Shown in pieces: positions 20,268 through 30,896 of a stretch of 64,000 bases of DNA (its first letter is position 1; every line of letters starts with the position of its first letter). Location: the IMG/VR virus record IMGVR_UViG_3300027833_000013, positions 32,001 to 96,000 of that record, one strand, 5' to 3'. The position numbers and the translations under genes were made by a program. The notes below the pieces were generated by a model. The model was not told where the DNA came from. It saw nothing but the letters and a program-made list of their open reading frames with translations, and searched no databases. The DNA comes from a virus.

Positions 20268-21002
20268 TTAAGTAAGTGTATTTATTTGGCCGCCCATGCC
20301 ACTATGATTTACACAATAATAATAAAGTGTTGGTGCGTTTACTGGAATTTGTATCTTAACATATGCGCCTTCAACTCCTGCTACGCCTAATATAGTAACT
20401 CCTGTAGTATATTCTACGCCGCCTGCGTGTATTCCGTTTGGCGTTGTTGAAAATCTAATTGGGTGTGTATTATTAGATGCATTTGCTTGACCAAATGTAT
20501 ATGTCTGTCCTTCAAATAAGTTAAGTGTAGGACTAACAATATCATTAAGATATAACTTGTTCCCTGTGCCGTATTCGTTAGTACCACTAGCAACTGTCAC
20601 TTTAAAGTGTGTGGGATTGTAGTCTGTAAGTCCATCTGTACTTACACCAGTAGGGTATGTATAAGGTCTATTAAATCTAACAACTAGTTCACCCTCGTCA
20701 TTAATATAATAATATAAATGTCTGTCGTCCCATCTTAATTGCTCATATTTTAAATTTTCATAAACATAATCGTGGTTTTGATCACGTCCTTCAAAAAAGT
20801 CAACGCCTTGCTCAAAATCATTATAGTTTTTTTCTGGGTCACCTGGAGTATTAATTTGAATAGTTACATCTGGATCCATTTGGTCTTCTTTTGTGAAAAA
20901 TAATTCACCATCGTCTGTTCTGCGCAATCCGTAAAAGAATCTACCGTCTAATCCATTTAGTACATTATCTGCACCGTTACCAAAATATGCTGAGTTTGAC
21001 AT
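20268..21002 (-). CDS. Virion protein with C-terminal cupredoxin/plastocyanin-like domain
   Basis: NTHPIRF ... APTLYYYCVNHSGMGG, i.e. a His...Cys-x2-His-x2-Met type-1 copper ligand pattern. Confidence 0.65.
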   Translation of the reverse strand: MSNSAYFGNGADNVLNGLDGRFFYGLRRTDDGELFFTKEDQMDPDVTIQINTPGDPEKNYNDFEQGVDFFEGRDQNHDYVYENLKYEQLRWDDRHLYYYINDEGELVVRFNRPYTYPTGVSTDGLTDYNPTHFKVTVASGTNEYGTGNKLYLNDIVSPTLNLFEGQTYTFGQANASNNTHPIRFSTTPNGIHAGGVEYTTGVTILGVAGVEGAYVKIQIPVNAPTLYYYCVNHSGMGGQINTLT

Positions 21003-21012
21003 CTGCTACCCC

Positions 21013-21342
21013 TTATACTATATCTACGTAACTTATAATAGCATCACAACTATCATTTAAATTACTTTGTATTAGCAATGAATTGTTTGCAGGGATAATT
21101 AATTTTTCTCCCCCAAGCATTGCTTTAAAACTACTGTTCGGTGCTACCATTACGTCTTTCATAAAGTAGCCTTCTACACTTGTATCGTCTTTAACATAGA
21201 TATTTACATTTACTGCAAAGTCTGTTATGTTTGCAACGTTAATGCCTAGCACAGTTGCATTAGTTGATCCGTCACTTGCAAACACTTCGATCTTCTGTGT
21301 TCCAATACTCTTAATAATTTTATTTCTAAAAAATGTTGCCAT
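21013..21342 (-). CDS. About 110 aa adaptor-like protein, paralogue B
   Basis: T.VLG.NVAN...GEKLII pattern shared with paralogues A and C. Confidence 0.5.
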   Translation of the reverse strand: MATFFRNKIIKSIGTQKIEVFASDGSTNATVLGINVANITDFAVNVNIYVKDDTSVEGYFMKDVMVAPNSSFKAMLGGEKLIIPANNSLLIQSNLNDSCDAIISYVDIV

Positions 21343-21346
21343 ATCT

Positions 21347-24300
21347 TTATCCTAATGCTAAAACGTATTCTAATGCTAATGCTTCAGCATCACTAAAACT
21401 AATGCCGCCGCTGGAACCTGCAACTGATACCCAGTTAGTTCCGTCAAATATTTCTACTCGAGCCGCTGTTGTATTATATCGTGTCATCCCAACTTCTGAA
21501 TCTGCAAGAAGTGGTCTTGCTCCATCAGCGCCGCTCGGAATAACAATTCCTTTTGTACCTGCAAACTTAAAATAACCATTACCTGTTGTTTCAAAAATAG
21601 TTCTAGAATTCGAAACAGTATTTGTAATAGTATTATCTTTAATACTAAAGTTATCTATTACAACACTACCAGTGCCGTTAGCAAGTAAGTTTAAGTCTGT
21701 ATTAGTACTTAGCGTTGTAATAGTACTGCCGCTAATTTCTATATCATCTACTTCTAATTTGTTTGTGTAAAACTTGGTTGCATCTAAACTAGCAGTGAGC
21801 GAGCCGCTATTATAAAATCTAATAATATTATCATTTGCACCTGGTGTATTTTCTGTTGTAATATACGTATCATTATCACTATCTTTTAAAGATGTGCTTA
21901 ACTCAACCCAGCTACCGTTGTACCCTTCAAACTTGTTAGTCGTTGTATTATAACGTGTCATACCAGTTACTGGGCTTGTATTTCTCTGTGCAGTAGTGCC
22001 TTTTGGTAGTATCATAGCATCAGTACTAGTAACTTGCATTATACCCGATGCCGGAGTTAATATCATGTCGCCGTCTGTACTTAAAACATTTGTATTAAAA
22101 CTAAAGTTTCCTGTAGTAACACTCCCTGTGCCATTTGCTCGTAATTCTAAATCACTGTTACTATCAGTTGTAGTAATAAAGTTGTCGTCTATTAATATAT
22201 CACCAGTAGTAAAACTACTTGCTGTAATTCTTCCTGTGCTATCTAATTCGTTAAGGGTTACTGTCCCAATAATTGTAAGATCATTTGAAATAACAACATT
22301 ATTATTTGGAATACTAATATTACCAGTGCCGTTAGCACGTAGCTCTAAATTACTATTACTAGCAGTAGTAGTAATGAAGTTATCGTCTATTCTAATATCT
22401 TCAAAGTTTGCAATACCAGTTACAGTTAATGTGCCGGTAATTAACGCATCGCCTGTATTAAATTGCCCACTAGTTTGTACATTTGAAAAGTTTGTAGTAC
22501 CATTAACAGTTAGGTTATTTGTAACAACAACATCGTTGTTTGGTATAAGAACATCTCCAGTACCGTTTGCTCGTAATTCTAAATTACTATTAGATTGCGT
22601 TGTTGTAATAATGTTATCATTAATTTCAATGTCTTCAAAGTCAACTTGACCTAATATAGTCATGGTATCGTTAACTACAATATTTTTTACCGTGACATCA
22701 CCAGCAGTTACAGAATCTAGTAATGTATTTCCACTTACTGTTAGATTATTGTCAATTACTACGTTACTTGATGAAACTCTAACAACACCTGCACCAACTG
22801 CTTCTAGTTCTAAATCACTATTAGTATCAGTTGTTCTTAATAAGTTTCCAGTAATTTGTATGTTTTCAAAAAACGCTTGCCCCAATATAGAAGTAGTACC
22901 AGTTACATTTAAGTTTCCACTTATTGTTGCTGTGTCACTAACGTTTAAGTTTTGTGGAGTAAACGCACCTAATACGTTTAAGTTCTGTTCAATAACTAAG
23001 TTATTACCCGGTAATCTAATAACACCTGTGCCATTGGCACGTAATTCTAAATCACTATTAGTATCAGTTGTACTAATAATGTTGTCGTCGATTTGTATGT
23101 TTTCAAATTGAAATGCACCAGCAACACTTAATGTATTAACAGATAAGCTGTTGGCTGTAATATTTCCACTTGCTGTAAGATTAGAAAGTGTTGTTGTTCC
23201 GGCAACACTTATATTACCAGTAACTTCTAAATCACTACTAGGTATAATAACATCACCTGTACCAGCAGTTCCTATTTCTAAATCGCTGTTTGTATCTGTT
23301 GTACTAATTGTATTATTTTGAATATTAATATTTTCAAAACTTGCTTGCCCGGCAATAGTTACGCCGCCGGATACATTTAAATCTCCTGCTACAGTAGTTG
23401 ATCCTACAGTTTGAGTTATGTTACCGGTCACTTGTAAATCGTCTTGTGCAACTACGTTTCCGGCAAAGGTTGCAGTTGAATCAAACTGTGTTGTTCCGCT
23501 AACTGTAAAGTTATTATTTGGAATTGACACTGTTCCCGAGCCATTTGCACTAAGTTCCAAATCGCTGTTAGATTCTGTTGTGCGTATTTTATTTCCGGTT
23601 ATTAAGATACCGTCAATATCTAATACGTTTGCATAGACATTATTCCACCGCTTAGTAATTGAACCTAAGTTATATACTGCATCTAAGTTTGGAATTAAGT
23701 TACTGTCGATGTCTCCAGTAAATTGTATACCATCAGTATCTGCATCACCGATAGTGATGTCTCCGCCAATTGTAACATTTCCTGTTACATCTAAGTTTCC
23801 TGTTATGCTAGTATTGTCAGCAAGCACTATACTTCCTGACACACTTGCTATTGTCATATCAGTAGTAAGTGTCTTTATTGTACTACCTTGGATTCTAAAG
23901 TCGCCAGTTTCAATCTTAGTACCATCAATAAAGGTTGTGTCCGAGCCTGTTTGGAACGTTAAACCGTTAGTAGTAATAACTTCTAAGTTTGCTGTATTAA
24001 ATTGAACTTGGCCTGTTTCTTGATCAACAAAAAATGCATCACCAACTCTAAAGTCACCCCTATGGTCAACACTAGTAAAGTTAACCTTAGCTGAGTTAGC
24101 TTCGACTACTTCATTAGCTTGTACAACTGTTGACTTATCATTATCAATAGCTTTGCCGTTGCCAATATATGCAAAGTTTTGTCCAACCAAATACATAATA
24201 ACACCAGGGCCGTCGCCGTATGCTCCGTATGTACCATACACGTTTGCACTGCCAATTGATCTAAGTTCTCCGCCAAAGTCTGTAACATCAAATAAGTCAA

Positions 24301-26476
24301 TATAGTTTGCAGTTGCTCCGCCACTAAATTCAATTTTTTGGGCAATCTTAACATCTTCAACAAAGATTGTTGTTGCATTGTCTCCGTTAAAGTGTGCTAA
24401 AAATACAGTGTCTGCATCGCCAACTAGTGCCGCTGTTGCAACTGTAAATCCACTATCTGAACTATATCTAGAACTTGAACTAATTCTTACATCGTCAATA
24501 TATCCGTCAACGCCTTGCTCGCCTGCAAATGTTGCGCCAAGTCTTACTGGCTTACTTGTTCCATAATTGTTATTATCAAGTATTGCAGTGCCTATCATAG
24601 CACCGTCTAAATATAATTTAGTAGTATTAAAGAATCTACTTACAGCAATATGATGCCATGTATTTGCTGATAATGTTCCGCCTGTTATACGAGTTACATC
24701 TGCTACGTTAAATTCAAGTGCAGTACCATTAACTAATAATGTTGGAGTAATATCTGTTGCCAATCCTGCACGTAAATCAAATACTGTTTTTATACCAGTA
24801 ACATTATCTAGTCTAATAAAACATTCTAAAGTAAAGTCGTCTGTGCCAAATCCAAAGTCATCATTTGCACTCATACTTACGTAATCGCCATCACCGTCTA
24901 ATAACAAACTAGCGTTGCCAAATTTCTCTTGTGCTTGGCTAAGTTGGGCATTGCCTACTGCACTTTGATTCTTTGAGGAGCGTTGTGTAACTTCTGCAAC
25001 ACCAGTAACCTTTCCGTTTATATAGAATTTTCCATCTGCATCCTTACTAGCAATAGTGCCGGTTCCTAACACAGTACTGCCGTCAACACTTTTTAAATTA
25101 AATGTTTCTGCGGCAGCAAATGATCCAGTTAATCCACTTACTCGTATAGCAGTTTGTCCTGCCCCTTTTAATCCAGTTGATCCATCAACTGCATATAATC
25201 CTTTTGATGCAAAATATGTAAAGCTATTAAGCCATTCAATTCGACTACCGTTTGTAATTGTGAGACTATCTACGCCAGGAGTAATAAATGTTACTGCATG
25301 GAATAAACACCCTGCTTCTTTACTAGTTGCATGAGCTAATGCTCCATCTAAGTATGCACCTTTGCCAGCATCTCCTTGATCAAACCCTCTTGGATCTCCT
25401 GCACTAGTTACACTACCTGCTGTTATTACACTTACATTTCTAATATACGGGCTTCTAGAAGTTACAATAATATTGGTTGCAAATTTAAATGCATAACCTT
25501 CGTTTGTACCGCTGTTAAAGAAAAAGTCTTTAACAGTTAACTCTTCAATAGTAACTTCGCCGTTAAGTAAAAATGCATCATTATTATTGGTGCCAGCTGT
25601 TGGTGTAATATTAACACTACGCATACTATGCCCTTGTACAGTTATTCCTGCAGGCACAGTTAATGGAAATATTTCTTCGTAGCTTCCTGGAAATATATGT
25701 ATAGTATCACCAGCCGAAGCCAGTGTTAATGCTTTTGTTATTGTTAATACTGAATTGTTTTGGTGTGCACCGGCATTAGAGTCATTACCGTTTTTAGAAA
25801 CATAAAATATATTGCCATGTATTGATGCTAAGTTAACTCCGCCTACATTTAATGAAGTACTATTGATATTAGTAGCATTAACTGTAGTTGCCCAAGTATT
25901 ATCCCACCGCTTTCCTGTACTACCTAAGTTGTATGTACTGTTTGCATCAGGAATAATATCACTAGCTAGTTCTGCATTAATAACAATGTTATCAGTGTCT
26001 GCATCACCTAATGTAATATTACCGTTTGCTGTAATATTACCTGTAGCATGCAAGTTACCAGTAACATTAGTGTTTGTTAATAACTCAATGGTACCAGTAC
26101 CATTGGCGTCTATTTCTAAATTGGCATTAGATTCGTTTGTAGAAATAGTATTCCCTACAAGTTCTAAACTGTCAACTACTAATCTATTTTGATAAAAAAC
26201 TTCATCAGCTGTACCTAATTGTACGTGGCCGTTTGGATTAGAAATGCCATTACCACTAAGTTGAATGTTTCCAACTGTTAGCGATCCAGTTGCTCGTAAA
26301 TTAGTAGCGTTAAGTGTTCCTGCTATATCTAAGTCGTACTGCGGTGATGTTGTATTAACACCGATGCGACTGTTGTTCACATCTAGATATAATAGATCCG
26401 TCTCAAATGCTAAGTCTACCCCGTTTCGAACGAGATTTGACTTTAAGAGCGGACCGGATATGCGACCTACAGCCAT
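21347..26476 (-). CDS. Long tail-fibre-like protein with beta-helix, LamG/ConA-like domain and about 70 aa shaft repeats
   Basis: Repeats FENIQI.DNIISTTDTNSDLELRANGTG; DFTLECFIR...WHHIAV...GYIDDVRIS (LamG); GMTRYNT domains. Confidence 0.8.
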   Translation of the reverse strand: MAVGRISGPLLKSNLVRNGVDLAFETDLLYLDVNNSRIGVNTTSPQYDLDIAGTLNATNLRATGSLTVGNIQLSGNGISNPNGHVQLGTADEVFYQNRLVVDSLELVGNTISTNESNANLEIDANGTGTIELLTNTNVTGNLHATGNITANGNITLGDADTDNIVINAELASDIIPDANSTYNLGSTGKRWDNTWATTVNATNINSTSLNVGGVNLASIHGNIFYVSKNGNDSNAGAHQNNSVLTITKALTLASAGDTIHIFPGSYEEIFPLTVPAGITVQGHSMRSVNITPTAGTNNNDAFLLNGEVTIEELTVKDFFFNSGTNEGYAFKFATNIIVTSRSPYIRNVSVITAGSVTSAGDPRGFDQGDAGKGAYLDGALAHATSKEAGCLFHAVTFITPGVDSLTITNGSRIEWLNSFTYFASKGLYAVDGSTGLKGAGQTAIRVSGLTGSFAAAETFNLKSVDGSTVLGTGTIASKDADGKFYINGKVTGVAEVTQRSSKNQSAVGNAQLSQAQEKFGNASLLLDGDGDYVSMSANDDFGFGTDDFTLECFIRLDNVTGIKTVFDLRAGLATDITPTLLVNGTALEFNVADVTRITGGTLSANTWHHIAVSRFFNTTKLYLDGAMIGTAILDNNNYGTSKPVRLGATFAGEQGVDGYIDDVRISSSSRYSSDSGFTVATAALVGDADTVFLAHFNGDNATTIFVEDVKIAQKIEFSGGATANYIDLFDVTDFGGELRSIGSANVYGTYGAYGDGPGVIMYLVGQNFAYIGNGKAIDNDKSTVVQANEVVEANSAKVNFTSVDHRGDFRVGDAFFVDQETGQVQFNTANLEVITTNGLTFQTGSDTTFIDGTKIETGDFRIQGSTIKTLTTDMTIASVSGSIVLADNTSITGNLDVTGNVTIGGDITIGDADTDGIQFTGDIDSNLIPNLDAVYNLGSITKRWNNVYANVLDIDGILITGNKIRTTESNSDLELSANGSGTVSIPNNNFTVSGTTQFDSTATFAGNVVAQDDLQVTGNITQTVGSTTVAGDLNVSGGVTIAGQASFENINIQNNTISTTDTNSDLEIGTAGTGDVIIPSSDLEVTGNISVAGTTTLSNLTASGNITANSLSVNTLSVAGAFQFENIQIDDNIISTTDTNSDLELRANGTGVIRLPGNNLVIEQNLNVLGAFTPQNLNVSDTATISGNLNVTGTTSILGQAFFENIQITGNLLRTTDTNSDLELEAVGAGVVRVSSSNVVIDNNLTVSGNTLLDSVTAGDVTVKNIVVNDTMTILGQVDFEDIEINDNIITTTQSNSNLELRANGTGDVLIPNNDVVVTNNLTVNGTTNFSNVQTSGQFNTGDALITGTLTVTGIANFEDIRIDDNFITTTASNSNLELRANGTGNISIPNNNVVISNDLTIIGTVTLNELDSTGRITASSFTTGDILIDDNFITTTDSNSDLELRANGTGSVTTGNFSFNTNVLSTDGDMILTPASGIMQVTSTDAMILPKGTTAQRNTSPVTGMTRYNTTTNKFEGYNGSWVELSTSLKDSDNDTYITTENTPGANDNIIRFYNSGSLTASLDATKFYTNKLEVDDIEISGSTITTLSTNTDLNLLANGTGSVVIDNFSIKDNTITNTVSNSRTIFETTGNGYFKFAGTKGIVIPSGADGARPLLADSEVGMTRYNTTAARVEIFDGTNWVSVAGSSGGISFSDAEALALEYVLALG

Positions 26477-26592
26477 CTTTACTCCTCAGTACGGGGATCC
26501 TGTCCCTCTAGCCACCTTACGTTGCGGGCTAACCACAGTCTGATAACAAAGATACATTTTAGGTCATATCTTTGTTATATAATGTATTTATG
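26477..26592 (-). promoter_or_regulatory. Late promoter (CATAAATA 26585-26592) plus structured 5' leader
   Basis: 13-bp hairpin, possible H-type pseudoknot, GGGA-CAGGA-UCCC hairpin and a hairpin containing the RBS. Confidence 0.55.
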
Positions 26593-26613
26593 TGATTATG
26601 ATAAATGTGGCTA

Positions 26614-29600
26614 CTAGCCAAAGATTATGGTGTAAGTGTTCAACAAATCTTCCATATCTGATTGTGATGCCGCGCCACCACTTCCAACGGCTGTAGCCCA
26701 AGTACTACCGGTAAACACTTCTAGATATGAAAGTTCAGTGTTATATCTAGTGTGCCCTGTTTCGGGAGATGCCTCTCTGCTAGCAGAGTTACCCGAAGGT
26801 ATTACTATTGCTTTATCGTCTACAAATCTTGTAAATCCTGTACCACTATTTGCAAATGATACAACACTTCCATCTGCTATAATTAAATTATCTTCAAATT
26901 GTGCGTCACTGAATGTAACTCTAGCATGTCTTGCATCTAATGTAAGATCTGTATTTGCATTAGTAACTGTAATGTTATTACTATCTAATGTAATACCACT
27001 AAGTTCAACTTTTTCAAATTCAGTTTTATTATTACTAGTAAATTTAGCAATAATATTGTTGTTTATTTTAAAATTAATATCGTTACTAATTCCAATATTT
27101 GATAATTCAATACCTGTACGATAATCGTCTGATAGTAATGCGCTACTTAATACATTATTTGTTGCAGGGCCGTATCCAACAAATTGGTTAATAGATGTAT
27201 TATATCTAACAGTTCCTGTTGTCGGTGATGAACTTCTTTGTGCAGTTGTACCTTTTGGCATTATCATAGAACCAGTAGTATTAATTGTTAATACATCAGT
27301 TGGATTTAATTGTAAATTGCCGCTATTATTTGTAAGAATATTTGTACTAACCAATAATCCATTATAATTAACTATTCCACTTCCATTTGCTCTAAGTTCT
27401 AAGTTGCTATTAGATATTGTTGTTTCTATAAAGTTATCATCTATCTGTATATTACCTAATACTTCTAACGCTCCTAAATCTACATCATTTTGTATATTAA
27501 TATTATTTGCGTAAAGTTTTCCGCCAACGGTAATATCGTTAGTTATTACAACATCTTCGTTCATAGAAATAGTACCTGTTCCGCTAGCACGTAATTCTAA
27601 ATCTGTATCAGTAACAATAGTATTAAATGTATTACCACTTATTCTTACTTTATCAAAGTTTGCTTTAAGTGTCGGAGTACCTGTTGTATTTAAATTATCA
27701 GTTGTAAGATTAACTCCTTCATAATTGTCTTGGACAGTAATACTACCAATTGTAATTGTTCCAGCAACTGTAATACCGTTTTCAATAATAACATCTTCAC
27801 CAAGTGTAACATTGCCTGTTCCATTGGCACGTAATTCTAAATTGGCATTTGAATCTTTGGCACTAATTACATTTCCACTTAATGAAATTCCTTCAAATAT
27901 ACTACTACCTACTCCTGTAATACCAGTTGCAGTTATATTATTAGCAGTAAAGGTATTTGTTACTGTTGTACTTTGTAATGACGTTGCTTGTAAGGTTGTC
28001 AAATTATTACTTACAACAAAGTTTTCTTTAATTTTTACATTGCCAGTACCAGTAGCACTAAATGTTAAATCACTGTTACTGTTAGTTGTAGAAACTTTAT
28101 TGCCGCTAAACATAATATCTTCAAATATAATTTGTTTATTAACTGAATTTAGTGTCTGTACTATTAAGTTTTTAGCGCCTAAATTATTTGTTGATGTTGT
28201 TGCTACACTACTAGTTGTTGGAGTTATTACATCAGCCGCTAATTCAACATTAGACTTAAATCTAATAATTCCAGTCCCAGCGGCTCTAAGTACTAAGTCA
28301 CTATTACTACTTCTAGTTGATATTATATTATCAGCTATAGCAACATCTTCTATTACTGCATCGCCCGTTAGCGCAACCGCACCTATATATTCTTCTGCAA
28401 TTAATCGATCTAATCCCAACACATTTGCTAAACTAAAACTAGCAACGGGTGCTATTAAATCTCGACCAAGTACTAAGTCTGATAATATTTTAACATTGCC
28501 AGTGCCTGCCGGAATAAATTGTAAATCATTATTTCCAGAAGTGCCTTGTATAGTATCTCCAATAAATGTTATGTTATCAAACACAACAGCACCTTGTGCG
28601 GTTAATGTAGATGCCGATGTAGTAAGCAAAGTTGCATTATTACTTGTAATATCATTAGCTACAGATAAATTTCCAGTTATTCCAATTGCACCAGCTATTG
28701 TATTTGTTGATCCTGTAGTTTGTGTAAATGTATTATAAAATCTAATAGGACTAGTTACAGATACATTTCCGTTGCCTGAAGATTCTAATTCTAATACGGA
28801 ATTAGAATCACTTGTTGATATTGCATTACCTAGTATATTGACATTATCAAGATATGCATTGTTTACTTTTAATTCATTCCAACGCTTTGCACTATTACCA
28901 AAATTAAATGTATTAAGGTTAGGTATTAAATTCCCGTCAATGTCGGCATTAAAGTCTATTGTGTCGGTATCTGCATTTCCTAATCTTACTAACGTACCGC
29001 CTAGTGTGACGTTACCAGTAACATCTAAATTTCCTTGTATTTCGGTATTGCTCGTGAGTGCAATGTCTCCTGCGTTAGCATCTATAGTTAATGTACCTAC
29101 AATTGATTCCATTGTAGATCCAGAAAATCTAATAAAGTCTGTTTCAACTTTTTCGCCTTTAAGCTGTACAGTTTGTCCGCCTGTTGTTACTGATAACTTT
29201 TCAACTCCACTAAAGTCAAAGTTAGTTGAGTCAATAACGGTTCTGCCAGTCTGTTGATTTACTGACAATGCTGAGCCTACACGATAAGTTCCTGATTGGT
29301 CTAAAGAAGTATATACTATTGTGCTATCGTTTAATTCTATTGTTTCGTTTGTTTGTATGTGTAATGTTTTATCATTACTTGTGTTACTACCTGCACCAAT
29401 GTATCCAAAATTATGATTTATTAAATAGATAATGCTGGCAGCGCCATCAGCTACAATGCCTTTGGTGCCGTATACATTTGCACTACCAATACATCGTATT
29501 TCTGCTCCAAACTTTGCACCCTGTCCTGCTTGGCCTGTAGATCCTTGCTCAGTTTTAATACCTATTGATGCAAAGTAAGCAAAAGAATTTAACCATTCAA

Positions 29601-30852
29601 TTCTTACACCGTTTTTAGCTGTTAAGCTCTGTTGACCTGGAGTAATAAATGTTGCCGCATGAAATAACATGCTTGCTTCTTTAGATACTGTTGTAACACT
29701 GGCGCCGTCAACAAGTGCTCCTCGTCCTGCATCGCCCTGATTAAAACCCCTTGGGTCGCTTGAATTAGTTATACTGCCTTTTGTAATAACTGTACAATTT
29801 CTAATATAAGGACTTCTAGAAGTTACAACACTATTTGCAGAATATCTAAATCCGTATCCAGTATCACTGCCACTGTTGTAATAAAAATCCTTAATAGTTA
29901 AGTTTTCAATAGTTACTTCGCCATTAACTAAAAATGCGTCATTTGAATCAGTTGCACCTGATGGAGTAATAATAACGTTACGCATATCTTGTCCAGTTAT
30001 TGTTACGTTTACTGGTACAGTTAAAGGAAACGTTTCTACATAAGTTCCTGGTGATATATGTATTGTATCACCACTAGATGCTAATGTAATTGCATGTGCT
30101 AAAGTTAGTACCGGATCAAGTTGATGTACACCGTCATTGCTATCACTTCCGTTTTTTGCAACATATACAATATTGCCCTGTGTTGTTGTAATATTAACAC
30201 TATTAACAATTGCTGCCGATGCTGTAATATCAGTTGCAGTTACACCATCACTCCAAAGATTTTGCCAACGCTTTGTAGTACTACCTAAGTTATATGTTGC
30301 AGTGTCGTCGGGTTCTATATCTGATGTTAATTCACCTGCTAATGTTAAACTGTCAGTATCGTCATTACCTATAACAATATTTCCGTTAGCTGTAATATTG
30401 CCTGTTGCATGTAAATTGCCAGTTACATTAGTGTCAGTAAGTAACTCAATAGTTCCTGTCCCGTTTGGCTGTATTTCAACATCAGCATTACTTAGGTAAC
30501 TATATATTCTATTAGTTTGTAGTATTAACTGATCAGTTCCTATACCAGTAGCAACTACTCCGGCAGTACCAGTAAATGTAATTGGGCCGCTTAATGAAGA
30601 TATACCTAAAGGTGTAACTTGTAAGTTACCTACTTGAACTAAATTAGTTGATCTTAGATTTGTTGCGCGGGCAGTGCCATTTACTGACACTGCTTGAGAA
30701 GGTGAAAGAGTATTAACGCCAAGTTTACTATTAACTACGTCAAGTTTAAGTACAGGTGTACTAGCATTTTCATTTCTAAAATCTAGGTTTACATTTTGTC
30801 TTAGAAGATTTTCTTCTAAAAGCGGACCACTTATTCTACCTAATTGCGCCAT
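26614..30852 (-). CDS. Long tail-fibre-like protein, paralogue of 21347..26476 without the LamG insert
   Basis: Shared GRISGPLL N-terminus, RSPYIRN, RIEWLNSF, NLELRANGTG repeats; late promoter GATAAATA 30875-30882. Confidence 0.8.
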   Translation of the reverse strand: MAQLGRISGPLLEENLLRQNVNLDFRNENASTPVLKLDVVNSKLGVNTLSPSQAVSVNGTARATNLRSTNLVQVGNLQVTPLGISSLSGPITFTGTAGVVATGIGTDQLILQTNRIYSYLSNADVEIQPNGTGTIELLTDTNVTGNLHATGNITANGNIVIGNDDTDSLTLAGELTSDIEPDDTATYNLGSTTKRWQNLWSDGVTATDITASAAIVNSVNITTTQGNIVYVAKNGSDSNDGVHQLDPVLTLAHAITLASSGDTIHISPGTYVETFPLTVPVNVTITGQDMRNVIITPSGATDSNDAFLVNGEVTIENLTIKDFYYNSGSDTGYGFRYSANSVVTSRSPYIRNCTVITKGSITNSSDPRGFNQGDAGRGALVDGASVTTVSKEASMLFHAATFITPGQQSLTAKNGVRIEWLNSFAYFASIGIKTEQGSTGQAGQGAKFGAEIRCIGSANVYGTKGIVADGAASIIYLINHNFGYIGAGSNTSNDKTLHIQTNETIELNDSTIVYTSLDQSGTYRVGSALSVNQQTGRTVIDSTNFDFSGVEKLSVTTGGQTVQLKGEKVETDFIRFSGSTMESIVGTLTIDANAGDIALTSNTEIQGNLDVTGNVTLGGTLVRLGNADTDTIDFNADIDGNLIPNLNTFNFGNSAKRWNELKVNNAYLDNVNILGNAISTSDSNSVLELESSGNGNVSVTSPIRFYNTFTQTTGSTNTIAGAIGITGNLSVANDITSNNATLLTTSASTLTAQGAVVFDNITFIGDTIQGTSGNNDLQFIPAGTGNVKILSDLVLGRDLIAPVASFSLANVLGLDRLIAEEYIGAVALTGDAVIEDVAIADNIISTRSSNSDLVLRAAGTGIIRFKSNVELAADVITPTTSSVATTSTNNLGAKNLIVQTLNSVNKQIIFEDIMFSGNKVSTTNSNSDLTFSATGTGNVKIKENFVVSNNLTTLQATSLQSTTVTNTFTANNITATGITGVGSSIFEGISLSGNVISAKDSNANLELRANGTGNVTLGEDVIIENGITVAGTITIGSITVQDNYEGVNLTTDNLNTTGTPTLKANFDKVRISGNTFNTIVTDTDLELRASGTGTISMNEDVVITNDITVGGKLYANNINIQNDVDLGALEVLGNIQIDDNFIETTISNSNLELRANGSGIVNYNGLLVSTNILTNNSGNLQLNPTDVLTINTTGSMIMPKGTTAQRSSSPTTGTVRYNTSINQFVGYGPATNNVLSSALLSDDYRTGIELSNIGISNDINFKINNNIIAKFTSNNKTEFEKVELSGITLDSNNITVTNANTDLTLDARHARVTFSDAQFEDNLIIADGSVVSFANSGTGFTRFVDDKAIVIPSGNSASREASPETGHTRYNTELSYLEVFTGSTWATAVGSGGAASQSDMEDLLNTYTIIFG

Positions 30853-30896
30853 ACGAATTCCTTAACTGTTACAGTATTTATCGGAATTTATGTTGT

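Noticed and set aside
26505-26540. Resemblance of UGUGG-UUAGC-CCGCA to the pistol ribozyme P1/pseudoknot
   Set aside because: The A-rich linker and P2/P3 cleavage-site architecture could not be found; kept only as a generic leader structure
22100-28300. Recurring nucleotide repeats (e.g. CGTAATTCTAAAT) as a possible CRISPR array or DGR TR/VR pair
   Set aside because: They are in-frame coding repeats of the LELRANGTG motif with long irregular spacing; no adenine-specific divergence was noticed and there is no RT or cas gene in the window
21996-30499. Many plus-strand ORFs of 60-340 aa antisense to fibre genes (also elsewhere in the window)
   Set aside because: They are shadows of the codon bias of long minus-strand genes, with no RBS, promoter or recognisable motifs
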